DNA of 64,000 nucleotides from an uncultured Thermoplasmata archaeon (GTDB lineage Archaea; Thermoplasmatota; Thermoplasmata; Lutacidiplasmatales; UBA184): NCBI GenBank assembly GCA_963713145.1, contig CAVQKI010000005.1, positions 95,166 to 159,165 of the forward strand, read 5' to 3'. Shown piece by piece: positions 20,257 to 30,777 of this stretch (position 1 is its first letter; each line of letters starts with the position of its first letter). The notes under the pieces were generated by a model. It saw only the letters and a program-made list of their open reading frames with translations, ran no database searches and was not told where the DNA came from. The position numbers and the translations under genes were made by a program.

Positions 20257-21204
20257 GTGTCCACCGATCTCCTAACGGTCGACGGGGTCTGGAAGAGGTA
20301 CGGGGACCACGACGCCCTGCGAGATATCCGGTTCTCCCTCCGAAGCGGCGAGGCAGTAGGCTACCTCGGCCCGAACGGCGCCGGGAAAACGACCACCCTG
20401 AAGCTGCTCGCCGGGCTCTCTCGCCCCTCGCGGGGTTCGGTTCGGGTCCAGGGCCTCGACCCGGTCCGGGACCGGACCCGGGCTCTTCGACACCTCGGGG
20501 CACTTGTCGAGACACCGGGGGTGCCGCCGTACCTCACGGGAGCCGACCTCCTCGAGTATGTGGCCTGTGTCAAGGGAGTCCCGGCGGCGGACCGAAGGGC
20601 CGCCGCCCGGCGCGGCGCGGAGATGATGAACGTGGCCGACCTGCTCGGCCGCCCGTTCGGCAGCCTCTCCACGGGCCTTGCGCGCCGGATGCTCCTCGGC
20701 GCGGCCCTCGTCGGCGACCCGGAGGTGCTCCTCCTGGACGAGCCGACCCTCGGACTCGATCCGGCCGCCCGGCACGACCTGAGAGGAGTCCTCCGGGGTC
20801 TCTCTCGGAACGGGCTGACGCTACTGCTGTCTACGCACCTTCTCGAAGACGTGCAGGAGGTCTGCGGCCGCGTGCTCTTCCTGAAGAACGGGGCGTTGGT
20901 CGGAGACGAGCCGGTGAACCTCGAGCCCGATTCCGCTGCTGGCGGCTCTCGAAGGGCGTTGCGACTGTGGTTCGGCTCGGACGTCTCCACGGAATCCGTC
21001 GCTCGCGCGGCCGGGTCCTCGTTCGGGGTCACGATGGACAGCCCTCGTCAGGCGACGGTGCGGTTCTCGGGAGGCGACGCGGAGCAGTCGGCGCTGTTGG
21101 CCGGTCTGGTCCGAGCGGGCCTGCCGCTCGTCAGCGCCTCGACGCCCGAGCCCGATCTCGCCCGTCGGTACTTGGAACGGGTGGGCCGGGAGGACGCCAC
21201 ATGA
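20257..21204 (+). CDS. ABC transporter ATP-binding protein (ABC-2 type).
   Basis: Walker A GPNGAGKTT, signature LSTGLARR, Walker B LLLDEPTLGLD, H-loop STHLL. Confidence 0.85.
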   Translation: MSTDLLTVDGVWKRYGDHDALRDIRFSLRSGEAVGYLGPNGAGKTTTLKLLAGLSRPSRGSVRVQGLDPVRDRTRALRHLGALVETPGVPPYLTGADLLEYVACVKGVPAADRRAAARRGAEMMNVADLLGRPFGSLSTGLARRMLLGAALVGDPEVLLLDEPTLGLDPAARHDLRGVLRGLSRNGLTLLLSTHLLEDVQEVCGRVLFLKNGALVGDEPVNLEPDSAAGGSRRALRLWFGSDVSTESVARAAGSSFGVTMDSPRQATVRFSGGDAEQSALLAGLVRAGLPLVSASTPEPDLARRYLERVGREDAT

Positions 21205-21884
21205 GCGGCGAGGTCTCGGCGTTCGCCCACAACGCCCGTTGGGAGGTCACCCGGCTCCGGCGCTCCCGTAGGATCTGGTTGCTGCTGATCCCCGTCGTCG
21301 CGGGGCCGATCGGGAGCGGGATCGCGGACCTCTATCTTCGGGTTCCCTCCTCCGGAACCGCCGAGGTCCTTGGACTTCTGATCACAGCCGGTCTCGCGGC
21401 CTTGGTCGTCCTGGATCTGACCGCGCTCGCGGTCGGGGAGGATCTCGCTCTTCGGACCCACTACCTGACGTTCGCGCTTCCACAGCCCCGGGCCAGCGCG
21501 CTCGCGGGCCGGCTGGCGGTAGTGGCCGGTGGCAGTCTCGCCGTCTACGGCGCGGGAGCGATCGCCGTGGCCTGGCTCGCGACCACCCTCGTCCCCGCTC
21601 CGGCGAACGCTCCGCCGCCCATCCTCGGGCCGGCGCATCTGGCGATCGGAATACTGGGACTGCTCGTATTCCTCGGCGGGGTCACCGCGGCTGCCGGGGT
21701 CGTCACCCGAAGCGCCGCGCAGGCGCTCGTGGCGGGGATCCTTGCCGGGGTCGTGGCCGCCGGCGTCGGAAGCCTGTTCCTGATCCAGGGTCGGCTGACC
21801 TGGTTGTTCCCCGAAGCGTTGGCGGCTGCTGGGCTGGTCGGCTTCGGCTGGTGCCTCGTTCAATACGGCCGGATCGAAGTCTGA
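21201..21884 (+). CDS. ABC-2 family transporter permease. Its start overlaps the ATPase stop (ATGA).
   Basis: MSGEVSAFAHNARWEVTRLRRSRRIWLLLIPVVAGPIG... has six hydrophobic segments. Coupled to the upstream ATPase. Confidence 0.65.
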   Translation: MSGEVSAFAHNARWEVTRLRRSRRIWLLLIPVVAGPIGSGIADLYLRVPSSGTAEVLGLLITAGLAALVVLDLTALAVGEDLALRTHYLTFALPQPRASALAGRLAVVAGGSLAVYGAGAIAVAWLATTLVPAPANAPPPILGPAHLAIGILGLLVFLGGVTAAAGVVTRSAAQALVAGILAGVVAAGVGSLFLIQGRLTWLFPEALAAAGLVGFGWCLVQYGRIEV

Positions 21885-22021
21885 ACCCGGTACGCCGGCC
21901 CACGCTGATTCCGAGGTGTCGCCGACCCGGCGATCGGGCCGCTGGATCCGTGCGGGCCCTCAATTCGAGCTAAGGGAGAGTATAGCCCTCCGCCGGGGCT
22001 GGACTCCGCCTGAGGAGCGAG

Positions 22022-22312
22022 GTGGAGAAGATGGCCGTCACGATCACAGAGGAGACCCGGGAGGGAACGGATCCGAGCACCCCCAGGACACCGGCAGAAG
22101 GGATTCGGGCTATCGTCAGCGACGCTGCGGCGGTCGGCCATGACGTGGCGAAGGCCATCGTTGACGGGGCCGCGGCCGTCGTGGACGCCGCCCGGAACTC
22201 TGCTCCCCCGATAGGCGGAAGCCAGCACGGAACGGCCGGCCCGGATGCGGGCGGCCCCGCGCTAGAGCCGAACCTCCCATCGGAGCACAAGGCAAGGCAG
22301 CTCGCCGAGTAG
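22022..22312 (+). CDS. Small hypothetical protein (about 90 aa). Weak call; the overlapping minus-strand ORF is the alternative.
   Basis: MEKMAVTITEETREGTDPST...VGHDVAKAIVDGAAAVVDAARNS. No recognisable domain. Confidence 0.2.
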   Translation: MEKMAVTITEETREGTDPSTPRTPAEGIRAIVSDAAAVGHDVAKAIVDGAAAVVDAARNSAPPIGGSQHGTAGPDAGGPALEPNLPSEHKARQLAE

Positions 22313-22548
22313 GAGCGGCTTGCCGGTGCCGGCGTCGTGCAGGTCGAAGGCCGGCCTCCCGAGCGGTAGGCGTCCCACCGATCCGAAGGTCCAAAACCTC
22401 CTGGCCGCGTAGTGCAACGTCGCGATTTCGCGAACGGATCTGAGGGAGCACTCGATCCGGTGTACGCCCATCAACCGAAACGACAAGCCCGGAACGCCGA
22501 CGGTGGGCAAGGCGATGCGGTTCCCCTCGTTCGGGCGCTTGTCCCAGA

Positions 22549-22977
22549 TCAACGCTTTGGGGGAGTCCTAGGGACCTTCGTGGGCGACGCCCGACTCCGT
22601 TGGGCCGCCTTGGCTTGATTGAGGGCCACGGCGGCCCGGACCAGGTTCTTCAGGGCCTTCTCGTTGAGGACATCGGTCTCAAAGATGTCCACCGCCCGCC
22701 GTTGATTCCCGTCCAGGCCCGCGTTGAACAGCTTCGCGGGGTCCGGCAGGTTGGCGCCTTGGTCGAAGGTAATCTTCACTTTCCCCTTATGGGGATTGAC
22801 TACCGCGATCACGCCGTCACGGTACCAGACCGGGCTCCCCATCCACTTCCATTCCAGGACCATGTCGGGGTCGGCCTCGACCATGAGCTGACGGATCCGC
22901 GCGATCCTTTGGCCCCGCCAGTCGCTCAATTCCGTGATCAAGTTGTCCAGGTGTTCGGACGGTGTCTCACTTTCCAT
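22549..22977 (-). CDS. DUF1801 (YdhG/YjbR-like) domain protein.
   Basis: LITELSDWRGQRIARIRQLMVEADPDMVLEWKWMGSPVWYRDGVIAVVNPHKGKVKITFDQGANLPDPAKLFNAGLDGNQRRAVDIFETD matches the DUF1801 fold pattern. Confidence 0.55.
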   Translation of the reverse strand: MESETPSEHLDNLITELSDWRGQRIARIRQLMVEADPDMVLEWKWMGSPVWYRDGVIAVVNPHKGKVKITFDQGANLPDPAKLFNAGLDGNQRRAVDIFETDVLNEKALKNLVRAAVALNQAKAAQRSRASPTKVPRTPPKR

Positions 22978-23368
22978 GGCGCTATGCGACGGCCCGCGGG
23001 CTATTTCTAGCCGGCGCGTGCCAACTCAGCTTTGTGACGATCCTGGAGGGCGATTGATCGACCCGGACCGTTAGCCTCTCTTTGTGTTCTGAACGACCGC
23101 CGCGCGAAGCTGCCCGCGTGGCCCCCCGGGTGCCAGGATCGCGTCCGAAAGGTGAACTGCGGTTCGGTTTGCTGACCCACCGAACCCTTGACTGCAAAAC
23201 ACAACCGGGGGAACGGACCAGGGACCGGTTTTCGGGGCTCCCGATCCGACCCCTTTCCGTACGTCAGGGGCGGTCGTGCGAGCGAGCCCGGGCGCCGAGG
23301 CAATGGATGTCCAGCCACAGACTAAAGTAGCACTCCCGGGGGAAACCGTCCTGCCAGGAAAGGATCCG

Positions 23369-24583
23369 ATGGCGAGTTTCGACGCGACCGACACGCTGTT
23401 CATGCTGGTCGCAACCGCGCTCGTGATGTTCATGACTCCGGGCCTCGCGTTCTTCTACGCGGGTCTTGTCGGTCAGAAGAACTCGATATCCATCATGATG
23501 CAGAGTTTTGCAGCGTTGGGAGTGACGACGCTGCTGTGGGTCTCCGTCGGGTACTCCCTCTGCTTCAGTGGAGATTTCCATGGAATCATCGGCAACCTCC
23601 ATGAGGCGTTCCTCCTGAACGTCTCCTCCGGCACCGCGTCCCCCGTGAGCGCCGGCATCCCTCTCTACGTCTTCTTCGCGTACGAGATGATGGTCGTCAT
23701 CATCACGCCCCCTCTGATCACCGGGGCCTTCACCAACCGTGTCAAGTTCGGGGCCTACCTCGTGTTTCTGGTCTGCTGGCAACTGTTCGTTTACTACCCG
23801 ATCGCCCACATGGTCTGGGGCGGGGGTCTCCTCGAGCGGTGGGGGGTGCTGGATTTCGGCGGAGGGATCGTGGTCCACGCCATCGCCGGGATGAGCGCCC
23901 TCGCGTGCGTGCTCTATCTCGGGAGCCGGTACATCCGCGACAAGCCCCAGAACCTCCATATGGCCGGCATCGGGATGGCCATCCTCTGGTTCGGCTGGTT
24001 TGGGTTCACGGCCGGGAACGCCTTCGCGGTGAACAGCACCGCCGTCGTGGCCTTCCTCAACACGGCGATCGCGGGAGGGATCGCGAGCTTCGTCTGGATG
24101 ATAATGGACTGGACGCTGGAGGGCAAGCCGAAGTTCATCGGTTTCCTTACCGGGGGCCTTGCCGGGCTCGTGGTCATCACCCCGGCGGCGGGGTACGTCT
24201 CCCCGGCGGCGTCGATGCTGTTCGGTCTGGCTGCCGGGACGGTCTGCTACTTTGCGATCGCGTTCAAGAACCGACGGCACTGGGACGACGCGTTGGACGT
24301 CTGGGGCGTCCACGGCGTGGGCGGGATCCTCGGGATCGCGTTGCTGGGTGTGTTCGGTTCGTTGGCGATTAACTCCGAGGGAGCCAACGGCTTGGTCTTC
24401 GGCGGATCCGTGTTCTTCGGAAAGGAGGTCGCGGCCGTCGCCTTCGCGGCTGCGTTCGCGTTCGCGGTGACCTACCTGATTCTCTTCGTCATCGACCGGC
24501 TCATCGGCGTCCGTGTATCGAAGGAGGTCGAGCTGACCGGCCTCGACCAAGCCCTGCACGGCGAGCTCGTCTACGGAGAATAG
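23369..24583 (+). CDS. amt: Ammonium transporter (Amt family), intact.
   Basis: MASFDATDTLFMLVATALVMFMTPGLAFFYAGLV..., DFGGGIVVHAIAGMSALA, FGWFGFTAGNA, HGVGGILGIALLGVFGS are Amt signatures. Confidence 0.85.
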   Translation: MASFDATDTLFMLVATALVMFMTPGLAFFYAGLVGQKNSISIMMQSFAALGVTTLLWVSVGYSLCFSGDFHGIIGNLHEAFLLNVSSGTASPVSAGIPLYVFFAYEMMVVIITPPLITGAFTNRVKFGAYLVFLVCWQLFVYYPIAHMVWGGGLLERWGVLDFGGGIVVHAIAGMSALACVLYLGSRYIRDKPQNLHMAGIGMAILWFGWFGFTAGNAFAVNSTAVVAFLNTAIAGGIASFVWMIMDWTLEGKPKFIGFLTGGLAGLVVITPAAGYVSPAASMLFGLAAGTVCYFAIAFKNRRHWDDALDVWGVHGVGGILGIALLGVFGSLAINSEGANGLVFGGSVFFGKEVAAVAFAAAFAFAVTYLILFVIDRLIGVRVSKEVELTGLDQALHGELVYGE

Positions 24584-24647
24584 GTCCTCGACCGGCCGGG
24601 CGGAAGCCCCGCGCGTCTACGGCGCGCCTGACTGCGAGCGGGGCACC

Positions 24648-25918
24648 TCACTCGGAGGCCGGATAGTATGCTTCTTCTCCGAAGTGGACCTCGTCCAGCC
24701 CGGCCTTCTCCTCCTCGGCGCTCGCTCGCAGCGGCGAGAAGTAGTTGATCACATGGAGGATCACGTACAGTTCCGACGAAGGCGTACGCGGCCACGACCG
24801 CGATGGCGAACATCTGAAGCAGAGCGAAGTGGGGGTTCCCGTAGACCAGGCCATTCTGGCCGGCGGCGTTGATGGCGACCGAAGCGAACAGTCCCGTCGC
24901 GACCGTTCCCCAGATTCCGCCGACCCCATGGCAGGCGAACACGTCCAACGAATCGTCCAGCTTGGTCCGGGCCCTCCAGGTTGCCACGAAGTTGCAGCCG
25001 ACGCCCGCCACGACCCCAATCAGCATCGCGAACGAAGGGCTTACGTAGCCCGCGGCGGGGGTCACCGCGGCCAGCCCGCAGACAAACCCAACGCACATGC
25101 CCACCGCGGAGGGTTTCCCCTTCCGAACCCAATCGACCAGCATCCAGCTCACCCCGGCTGCGGCGGCGGCAAGGTTCGTGGTCACCAACGCGTTGACCCC
25201 CACCCCGTCCGCCGACAAGGAACTGCCCGGCGTTGAATCCGAACCAGCCGAACCACAGGATCGCGGTTCCCAGGATCACGTAGGGAACGTTGTTAGGCCG
25301 GCTCCCCTTGCCAAAGTCCACGCCCCGCCCGATCACGAGCGCGGCCGCCAACGCGCTGACCCCGGCGGTAGTATGAACGACCATACCACCCGCGAAATCC
25401 TCGACTCCCATGACGTGCAGCCATCCGCCGCCACCCCAGATCCAGTCGGCCACCGGGAAGTAGATGAACGTGACCCAGGCCAGTATGAAGATGAGCAGCG
25501 CCTTGAAGCGAATCCGTCCAGCGAACGCGCCGATGATCAGCGCCGGGGTGATCGCCGCGAACTTCAGCTGGAAGGCGAAATACAGGAGGGCCGGGATGGT
25601 CGAGGAGTAGGTCGTGTCGGCCGCCGTGCCGACCCCGTTCAGCCCGAAGTACTGGAAATTCCCGATAAACCCGCCCAGGGTGGAGGGGCCGAACGCCAGT
25701 GTGTATCCCCAAATGGCCCACGCGAGGCTCACGACGGCGAAGATCGCCATGCACTGGACGATCGTCGAAACGAGGTTCTTCCTCCGGACGAGCCCGCCGT
25801 AAAAGAACCCCAGTCCCGGGGTCATGATCATGACGAGCGCCGTGGCCGTGATCACCCAGGCGACGTCCCCCGAGTTGCACAACGCGCCTGTGGCAGGGAT
25901 GCAGACTGTCGCCGTCAA
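24648..25918 (-). CDS. amt: Second ammonium transporter (Amt family), convergent with the first. Two or more frame changes split it into three ORF fragments.
   Basis: MTATVCIPATGALCNSGDVAWVITATALVMIMTPGLGFFYGGLV..., DFAGGMVVHTTAGVSALA, LWFGWFGFNAG, ACHGVGGIWGTVATGLFAS. The C-terminus VILHVINYFSPLRASAEEEKAGLDEVHFGEEAYYPASE is in a third frame. Confidence 0.65.
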
Positions 25919-26166
25919 GAACCCACCGGTCCCGAGCCCTCAGTCGAGGGGTGTTGCAACCCAACTTTAAGACCGTTGCCTGCGGCCGGCGTGTCGAGGT
26001 CTTGAGCTCCCTTGCCGCCGTTTACCCTCCGCTCACCCACCGAGGGTTCCGGCTACCGTCGGGGGGAGACCCCGCCGAGGCTCGAACCAGGGTCGAGCGC
26101 GGTCGGGCTACCGCCGAGCGTTCGTCGCGCGTCTCAAGCTCGGTTGGTATGCTGCCGGATCGGGGC

Positions 26167-26769
26167 TTACCGTTCGCTCGCGATGCTACGGCATGCCGAG
26201 CAGACATGCAGTTGAACTTCGACCGTGGACGTCGACTCTCCCGGCTGGCAGCGGAGAGGTTCCTGGTCGTTCGGTTGGCTCGCCCGCCACGTGAAGCCGT
26301 GGCCGCCGACGGACCACTCGACCGGAAAAGAGCACACCACCGTGTGCAGGGATAGCGGGGGATTTCCTACGGTCGAGAAAGCTCGCCGGATGTGGTTCAG
26401 CCCCACCTCCATCCTGCCAGCGATGTCCCGTTCCTGCGCGAGCAAGGCTTCGACCAGCTCGCCCATCGTCCCCGTAACTGTCGCCCGCTTCCCGCCAGGG
26501 TTCGCGATCTCGATGAGCGTGTCGATCCAGGGCATCAGCTTCTTGTAGGCCAGCGGGTCGCCGAAGACCTGCTGGGCGCCGATCCGGAAATGCGGGTCCG
26601 CGCTCTCCTCTTCCTTGAGCCGCTGCAGGAACGCGATCCTTCGCTGTTGCTCGTCGATCTGGACCTGCGCGTTGCTGAAGTAGGCGAGGTACACCCGGGT
26701 GCGGATCTCCTCGTTGAGGCGGTCGAGATCCGCCTGAGTTCTTCGGCAAACGTAGCACGAGTCGACCAT
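26167..26769 (-). CDS. Hypothetical protein with N- and C-terminal CxxC pairs (possible zinc-binding protein).
   Basis: MVDSCYVCRRTQADLDRLNEEIRTRVYLAYFSNAQVQIDEQQRRIAFLQRLKEEE...VEVQLHVCSACRSIASER. No family recognised. Confidence 0.45.
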   Translation of the reverse strand: MVDSCYVCRRTQADLDRLNEEIRTRVYLAYFSNAQVQIDEQQRRIAFLQRLKEEESADPHFRIGAQQVFGDPLAYKKLMPWIDTLIEIANPGGKRATVTGTMGELVEALLAQERDIAGRMEVGLNHIRRAFSTVGNPPLSLHTVVCSFPVEWSVGGHGFTWRASQPNDQEPLRCQPGESTSTVEVQLHVCSACRSIASER

Positions 26770-26879
26770 CTCCGTCCCTGAGGTCTTAGGCGATTCCTCG
26801 CGAGACTTTAACGCCTGAGTCGGACGCCGCGAAGCGAGGTTCCGGAGGAGTCCGTGGGAGGACGGTGCGGCGACCGACC

Positions 26880-28252
26880 CTAGCATGCCGGGCAGCGGCA
26901 GAAGCGCTCGTAATCGTAGCGCGCGTCCTCGTGGGTGCGACCGGCGCTCCAGCAGAGCGCGCAGCGCGCTCCGCTCGCGATACAATCGTGCCAACGAATG
27001 CCGTGCTCGTTGAGCAGGCGCCGGCGCAGCCGCAGGAATTCCTCGGCCGACCTCTGGGCGATTGCCCCGAGCACGAAGTAGACCCCGCAAAGAAGCCCGA
27101 TCCAGGCCGCGAGGGCCGTGGTGACGTGCACGAGGCCACCGGGCACGCCGGGCGAAAGATAGGCGAGCTGCCACATCCCCCACCAAAAGGCGGCGCTCGC
27201 GCCGAAGAGTCCCGCCGACCGGTAGCCGTCGTAGGTCGGGATGTCGAGAAGCGTGAGCACCGGTACGGCCGCCGTGGGGTCGGAACCGTTCCCCCCCTCC
27301 GCGGCCCTCGAGGTCGGGGGGACGACTCCCGTCGTCGCTATCGCCAGGAAATAGTCCAGCGCCGCATCGCTGCCGATCGACCGGATGACGCCGGACATGT
27401 CGAGGAGACCTCGGCCCGTCAGCTCGACGACCGCCTTCGTGCTCCCGATCGCCCGGAAATACGCCCGGGCGGGGCCTTTACCGATCGATTCGGCGAACAG
27501 GAGGACGTTGTCGCCCGTGAGCTGCGCGACCGACTTCGTCTCCCGGATCGCCCGGAAATACTCCAGCGCGAGCCGGGTACCTTGGGCCCTGGCGAAGGCG
27601 AGAACCTTCTCCCCGGTCAGCTCGGTCGCCGCCATGGTCTCCCGGATCGCCCGGAAGTACTCCCGGGAAGCGTCGCCGCCGATCGACCGGGCGTACGTCA
27701 GGATCCGCTCGTCGGTGAGCTGGGCGACCGCTTTCGTTTCCCAGCATGCTCCGAAGAACTCCACAGCGGCGTCGCTTCCGATCGAACGAGCGAAGGCGAG
27801 GACCCGTTCGCCCGTCAGTTCCGCCGCCGCCCGGGTCTCGCGGATCGCCAAGAAGTACTCCACGGTGGCGGGGCTGTCGATGGACCGGAAGAAATCGACC
27901 GCGCGGAGTACCCGCTCGTCCGTTAGCTCCCGGACGGCTTTCGTTCCCCAGATTGCCCAGAAGTACCACTCGGCCGTATGGCGGTCGATCGACCGGGCGA
28001 AAGCAAGGACCCGTCCGTCGGTGAGCTCGGCGACCGCCCTAGTTTCTTCGATCGCGCGGAAGTAATCGTGGGCCGCAGGACGGCCGATCGAGGTGGCAAA
28101 CTCCGCGGTCTCGAACAGCTTGCCCGCCCGTTCGTCCCCGGTTGAGCCGTTCTTGCCGACGTGGGAGATTAGGAGGTGAAGTGCGACCTGGCCGCAGCCG
28201 GCCTTCAGGAGCGCCCGGACCGCCTTCTCCTCGGAAAGGCGTGGGTGCCTCA
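26880..28252 (-). CDS. Tandem-repeat membrane protein. It has about eight 33-aa alpha-helical repeats, then two TM helices and a Cys-rich zinc-ribbon-like tail. Start assigned to the GTG/TTG at MRHPRLSEEK.
   Basis: Repeat consensus ELTdERVLAFARSIGsdAAvEYFRAIRETKAVA x8. TM helices GLFGASAAFWWGMWQLAYL and LVHVTTALAAWIGLLCGVYFVLGAIA. C-terminus WHDCIASGARCALCWS...YDYERFCRCPAC. The first approximately 95 codons of ORF 26880..28538 are R/P-rich junk. Confidence 0.5.
27380..28100. repeat. Intragenic tandem repeat of about 99 nt (about eight copies) that encodes the 33-aa protein repeats.
   Basis: Recurring ...atcgcccggaa(a/g)tactcc...ccgatcga(c/a)cgg...gagctg/cgcgaccg... blocks at 99-nt period. 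Confidence 0.6.
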
Positions 28253-28496
28253 CAAGCTGTCCGCTCGCCAAGAATCCACCCACCGAATCCGATGACCCCG
28301 GTCGGAACGATAAGGCTTCCGTGAATTCCGCAAGGTGCCGATCATCGCCCGGAAATCGGTCTCGGTGCCCGCGGAAGGCGCTGGCGTGTCGGGGCGCCTG
28401 CTCCTCGCGGTAGACCGGGTGCTGTCGCGCTCCCCCCGGGCCCGGAGGGATAGCGGTTCCGGGGCACCCGCAGGTCGGGTCGGTGTGTGGGCGGCT

Positions 28497-28543
28497 ACAC
28501 CCCCTACTGTAAAACGCACGGGGGCATGGCGTCTCCAAACCCA
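28497..28543. repeat. Copy 1 of a conserved intergenic inverted-repeat motif (ccccc-ACTGTAAAA-spacer-GGGGGCATGGCGTCTCCAAACCC).
   Basis: Shares 35-40 nt with the copies at 30590 and 32663. Lies in the divergent intergenic region between the repeat protein and the membrane glycoprotein gene. Confidence 0.6.
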
Positions 28544-28943
28544 GTTACCCAGATCCGGCGGCAAGGGGAGGGGCCTTTGAAGTCAAATGAAGCCCTTCGT
28601 GATTACCGACTATTCGTCGCGTCCCGACCTCGAACCTGCCGACCTCGGTCGTGGAAGGGAGTCGACGGGGACTGGGTGCGGAAACGACCGAAGGGGCGAG
28701 ATCGTCGACCCGCTGCGAATGCGGGTGCCCCGACGGCCGACCGACCATGTACGGCCAGGCACGGGGGCGTAAACCCAAGTGCTGGCCCGCGTCTCCGAGA
28801 GCTTCCGACCTACCGTTTAAGTACGAACAGCGCGACTGTACGCCGAGATGGCGACAGATCCCGCACCCACGCTTCCGCAACCCGCAACCACCAACCCTAT
28901 GGAAGTTCCTGCCGGACCGCGCCCGCCAGCCCCCCGAGCGGGA

Positions 28944-30173
28944 ATGTCGTCCGCCGCGAAGATCGGGCTCGCGGTGATCCTGGTCGTCGTCGTCGTCGTT
29001 GGCCTCGGGCTCGGCGGCGTGATTCCGGGGTTCCATCTGTTGTCTTCCGGGAACGGTAGCAGCGGCACGTCGAGCGCTGGGTCCTCGGCGAACGCGTTCG
29101 ACCTGGCGAACGCGTTCGCATCCTCTCACGACTCAGGCCTGTTGTATGGGGTCTTTGGCATCTCCGTTACAGCGGCCTTCCAGGCACAGTTGAGCGACAT
29201 CAACGGGACGTGCCTCGTGCACGACCCAACGAATTTCACGGTGCCCGCTGACAGCGCCGTCTATTGGAATGGATCGGCCAGCGGGTGGCTGTTCGTGTAC
29301 TATTCGTCCGCGGGCCCCGCCGTGAACGTCGTGGGCGTACTGGGGTCGCAGGCGATCCAGATCGCGACCTACCCGGGGGCCGCGTGCGAGGGCGCATTCC
29401 CGTCGCTCGTCCCATTACCCGCCACCTACATCAACAGCACGGCGGCCGCCACCCTCGCGCGTGAATTCAGCCCCGAAATCTCCGGATTCGTCTCGAACAC
29501 CAGCTCTGCGAACGCGCAGTACACCTTGGCCGCGACCAACAACAGTTCTGCGCCCCCCGTCTGGCATCTCTACTTCACGAGTTGCTCCATCGGTCCCGGG
29601 GACCACGTAGGTTCGGGCACCTCCGCGAATGCATTCCTGGACGCCGCCGACGGCTCGGCCCACCCCCTTTCCAGCAACGCGAGCGCCAGCACGAGCTGTT
29701 CCGGTGGCGGAAACCCGGTGCCTGGTTTAGGCGAGACGGCATCCCTAGGGGACGATTGGAGCAGCTTCGTGGTCTCGGGGCCGACCTACACCGAGTTCGC
29801 GAATCTCAATCCCCCCGTCGGAGTGACGACCGGGGGGATCGGAATGTACCTCGCGCTCGCTGCGACGGGAGCTCCGGTCGCGACGACACCGGCCCCGGCG
29901 GCGTGCGCCGTCGGCACCCTATTCGCCGGCCCAAACTGCACAGGACCATCGGGAGGAGGGTGGTACGGTGTCCTTCTCAACGAGGGCACGGGGGTCATCC
30001 TCGCCACGTACGACGGCGCGAATGCGGTGTGGAGCTCGGCCGGAGTGGTAGTGACTGCGGTCGACCTCCTCGCGGTCATCTCCTCGACCGACTACACTTC
30101 TCCGTCTGGAACTTACTACTTTTCCCCGTTCGGGACCGGCACGACCGTGGTGGTGGGCGCCTTGGCGCTGTAG
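28944..30173 (+). CDS. N-terminally membrane-anchored extracellular protein, Ser/Thr/Gly/Ala-rich with many N-glycosylation sequons. Unknown function.
   Basis: MSSAAKIGLAVILVVVVVVGLGLGGVIPG is a TM anchor. NGSS, NGTC, NFTV, NGSA, NSTA, NTSS, NNSS, NASA, NCTG are sequons. Probable beta-rich extracellular domain. Confidence 0.5.
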   Translation: MSSAAKIGLAVILVVVVVVGLGLGGVIPGFHLLSSGNGSSGTSSAGSSANAFDLANAFASSHDSGLLYGVFGISVTAAFQAQLSDINGTCLVHDPTNFTVPADSAVYWNGSASGWLFVYYSSAGPAVNVVGVLGSQAIQIATYPGAACEGAFPSLVPLPATYINSTAAATLAREFSPEISGFVSNTSSANAQYTLAATNNSSAPPVWHLYFTSCSIGPGDHVGSGTSANAFLDAADGSAHPLSSNASASTSCSGGGNPVPGLGETASLGDDWSSFVVSGPTYTEFANLNPPVGVTTGGIGMYLALAATGAPVATTPAPAACAVGTLFAGPNCTGPSGGGWYGVLLNEGTGVILATYDGANAVWSSAGVVVTAVDLLAVISSTDYTSPSGTYYFSPFGTGTTVVVGALAL

Positions 30174-30589
30174 TCGGCTATCTCCGAACGTCGTCCTCGG
30201 CCGGTTGACAGTCTCTCGCTCCCGCGTCCGATCGAACTCAGCTGAATCGCATCGGTCGGGCTCTTCGGACCCGAGGATCGGTATTCGGGTGGCGTGCCCC
30301 GCTTTCAAGGGGCAGGCCGAATGAGAGTGGGAGTCGTCGTCAGGAAACCAATCGGCCAGGAACACCGGTGGTTCGCCGTCCTACCGGATTGGGGAGCCAG
30401 GAACTGATCTTAGCGGCTAGGCTGCCTACTCGAGGCCCGGACCGGCGTGTCGCGGCAGCAATCAGAGCCCCCCCTTCCTCAGTCAGGTCCGGCCCTCCGA
30501 GGCGTCCTTGGCCCCCACCCCCTCCCTTCACCCTCCCCCTGCGCGCGGGAGAGCTCGCGGCGGCGGGTGGTGGGTGGGTGCGGGGGGTG

Positions 30590-30632
30590 CCCCCCACTGT
30601 AAAATAAGTGGGTGCAAGGCGTCTCCAAACCC
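30590..30632. repeat. Copy 2 of the conserved intergenic motif (cccccc-ACTGTAAAA-taagtg-GGTGCAAGGCGTCTCCAAACCC). It is preceded by a C-rich and then G-rich tract.
   Basis: Same orientation as copy 1. Sits in a convergent intergenic region. Flanking cccccaccccctcccttcaccctcccc / gggtggtgggtgggtgcgggggg could pair. Confidence 0.6.
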
Positions 30633-30777
30633 GACGAGGGACTTCTCTTCGACTGACTAGAAACCGTTCGCCACCAGGCCCCCCGCGGGGCCGGAAGAGT
30701 TCGCAACGCTACCCGCGCCAACGAGAGGCGGGACCCAGCCCGTTCCGCCGCTTGGGGTCCCCAGCGTGGCAAATTTC

